Shown piece by piece: positions 63,335 to 64,000 of a stretch of 64,000 bases of DNA. The stretch spans positions 1,985 to 65,984 of the forward strand of contig JBIJAX010000005.1 in assembly GCA_044345485.1 (NCBI GenBank), in the 5' to 3' direction. The stretch is from Candidatus Kapaibacterium sp. GTDB taxonomy: Bacteria; Bacteroidota; Ignavibacteria; Kapaibacteriales; Kapaibacteriaceae. Within the stretch, counting starts at the first letter, position 1. Every line of letters starts with the position of its first letter. The translations under genes were made by a program, and so were the position numbers. A model generated the notes under the pieces. That model had not been told where the DNA came from. It saw only the letters and a program-made list of their open reading frames with translations, and searched no databases.

Positions 63335-63371
63335 TTGATCTGTCAAAAAAGCGCCCTATTTTTGACAGATG
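63335..63371 (+). promoter_or_regulatory. Candidate fic promoter (TTG-N19-TATTTTTG, equivalently TTGATC-N16-TATTTT) overlapped by the 12-bp-arm inverted repeat ATCTGTCAAAAA-N9-TTTTTGACAGAT, which ends inside the fic ATG
   Basis: TATTTTTG at 63357-63364 matches the Bacteroidetes -7 consensus TAnnTTTG. The inverted-repeat arms are 63338-63349 and 63359-63370. The fic ATG is at 63369-63371 and no SD is visible. Confidence 0.45.
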
Positions 63372-64000
63372 ATCGCCTCGCTACCGTTTCTGCCCCCTGA
63401 CTCGACGATAGTTCTCGAGACTACTGAGGTGCTGCGTCAGGCAGTGCGGGCACATAGGTCCTTAGCGGAGCTGAAGGGGGCCGTGACGGCCATCCCCAAT
63501 GCAGCGATTCTGGTCAATACTCTGGCCTTGCAGGAAGCGCGGGATTCCTCGGCTATTGAGAACATCGTTACGACCCAGGACGAGTTGTATCGAAGCGAAT
63601 CTGATGATGCCATGAATGCAACGGGGGCGGCCAAAGAAGTTCACCGGTATGCGCAAGCGCTGCATCTAGGCTTTGATCTCCTTGGGCGGAACGGGATGCT
63701 TCGCACGGATGACATCCTGGCTATTCATGAGGTACTTTGTCGAACCCGTATGGGGTTTCGAAAGCTTCCTGGAACAGTGCTCATGAACTCCGTAACTAAC
63801 CAGGTGGTATACGAACCGCCACAGGACCCGGCGGAGATCGAGCGTCTCATATCCAATTTTCTCGACTGTTTTCATGAATCCGAACGTTGGAACGTGGACC
63901 CACTCGTGCAAATGGCTGTGCTTCATTATCAGTTCGAAAGTATACACCCATTCTACGATGGAAATGGTCGAACAGGGCGAATCCTAAACTTGCTGCACAT
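63369..64000 (+). CDS. Fic/DOC family protein (N-terminal Fic_N-type helix plus Fic core); 3' end lies outside the window
   Basis: My own translation (this ORF is not in the ORF track because no stop lies in the window): MIASLPFLPPDSTIVLETTEVLRQAVRAHRSLAELKGAV…SSAIENIVTTQDEL…HYQFESIHPFYDGNGRTGRILNLLH. The Fic motif HPFxxGNGRxxR is at 63945-63980. Confidence 0.85.
   Translation, partial: MIASLPFLPPDSTIVLETTEVLRQAVRAHRSLAELKGAVTAIPNAAILVNTLALQEARDSSAIENIVTTQDELYRSESDDAMNATGAAKEVHRYAQALHLGFDLLGRNGMLRTDDILAIHEVLCRTRMGFRKLPGTVLMNSVTNQVVYEPPQDPAEIERLISNFLDCFHESERWNVDPLVQMAVLHYQFESIHPFYDGNGRTGRILNLLH

Noticed and set aside
1-64000. CRISPR arrays, tRNA/rRNA/tmRNA genes, IS elements, integrases, phage genes and canonical defence systems (RM, CBASS, retrons, Abi)
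   Set aside because: Reading the few non-coding gaps and all ORFs over 60 aa, I noticed no direct-repeat/spacer periodicity, no tRNA-like T-arm (GGTTCGAATCC-type) strings, and no transposase, recombinase, reverse transcriptase or nuclease-helicase signatures. A covariance-model scan would be needed to fully exclude small RNAs.

Overview
This is a compact, almost fully coding chromosomal segment. The largest non-coding gap is 63056-63368. I saw no rRNA, tRNA, CRISPR array, transposase or integrase. The gene content suggests a type IX secretion system (T9SS) bearing member of the Bacteroidota/Ignavibacteriota/Chlorobiota group: seven genes end in Por-type C-terminal sorting domains. Many starts are preceded by GGAG-like Shine-Dalgarno motifs, which argues against classical Bacteroidia. 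This taxonomic call is inference only. Housekeeping genes recognised with good confidence: two ABC ATPases, upp, a TatD-family hydrolase, bcp, dnaX, an enoyl-CoA hydratase, clpC, a family-4 uracil-DNA glycosylase, ddl, a PfkB kinase, an F-type ATP synthase operon (atpZ-like, atpI-like, atpB-E-F-H-A-G, with no atpD/atpC), hldD, crtB, radA, obg, paaB-C-D, a TonB-dependent receptor, an OmpR/PhoB-type two-component pair, hsp20-dnaK, and a truncated Fic gene at the right edge. Accessory content is mostly large secreted T9SS cargo: a WD40/choice-of-anchor-D-like giant, two tandem S8 proteases, three Cys-containing Ig-like repeat proteins and a BNR/sialidase-fold protein. I found no canonical defence island or mobile element. 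The most unusual items are: (1) a TatD ORF that reads without a stop into a signal-peptide-bearing outer-membrane-barrel-like domain, with an internal SD+ATG; (2) hldD wedged between atpA and atpG, followed by an uncharacterised membrane gene trio; (3) an orphan paaBCD set 9 nt downstream of a T9SS cargo gene; (4) an MlaF-like ATPase / giant T9SS protein / porin-polyPro-2xOmpA operon; (5) a palindrome-dense hsp20/fic intergenic region, including a 12-bp-arm inverted repeat that covers a Bacteroidetes-type promoter and the fic start codon. All functional calls come from motif and family recognition by eye. No database search was run.
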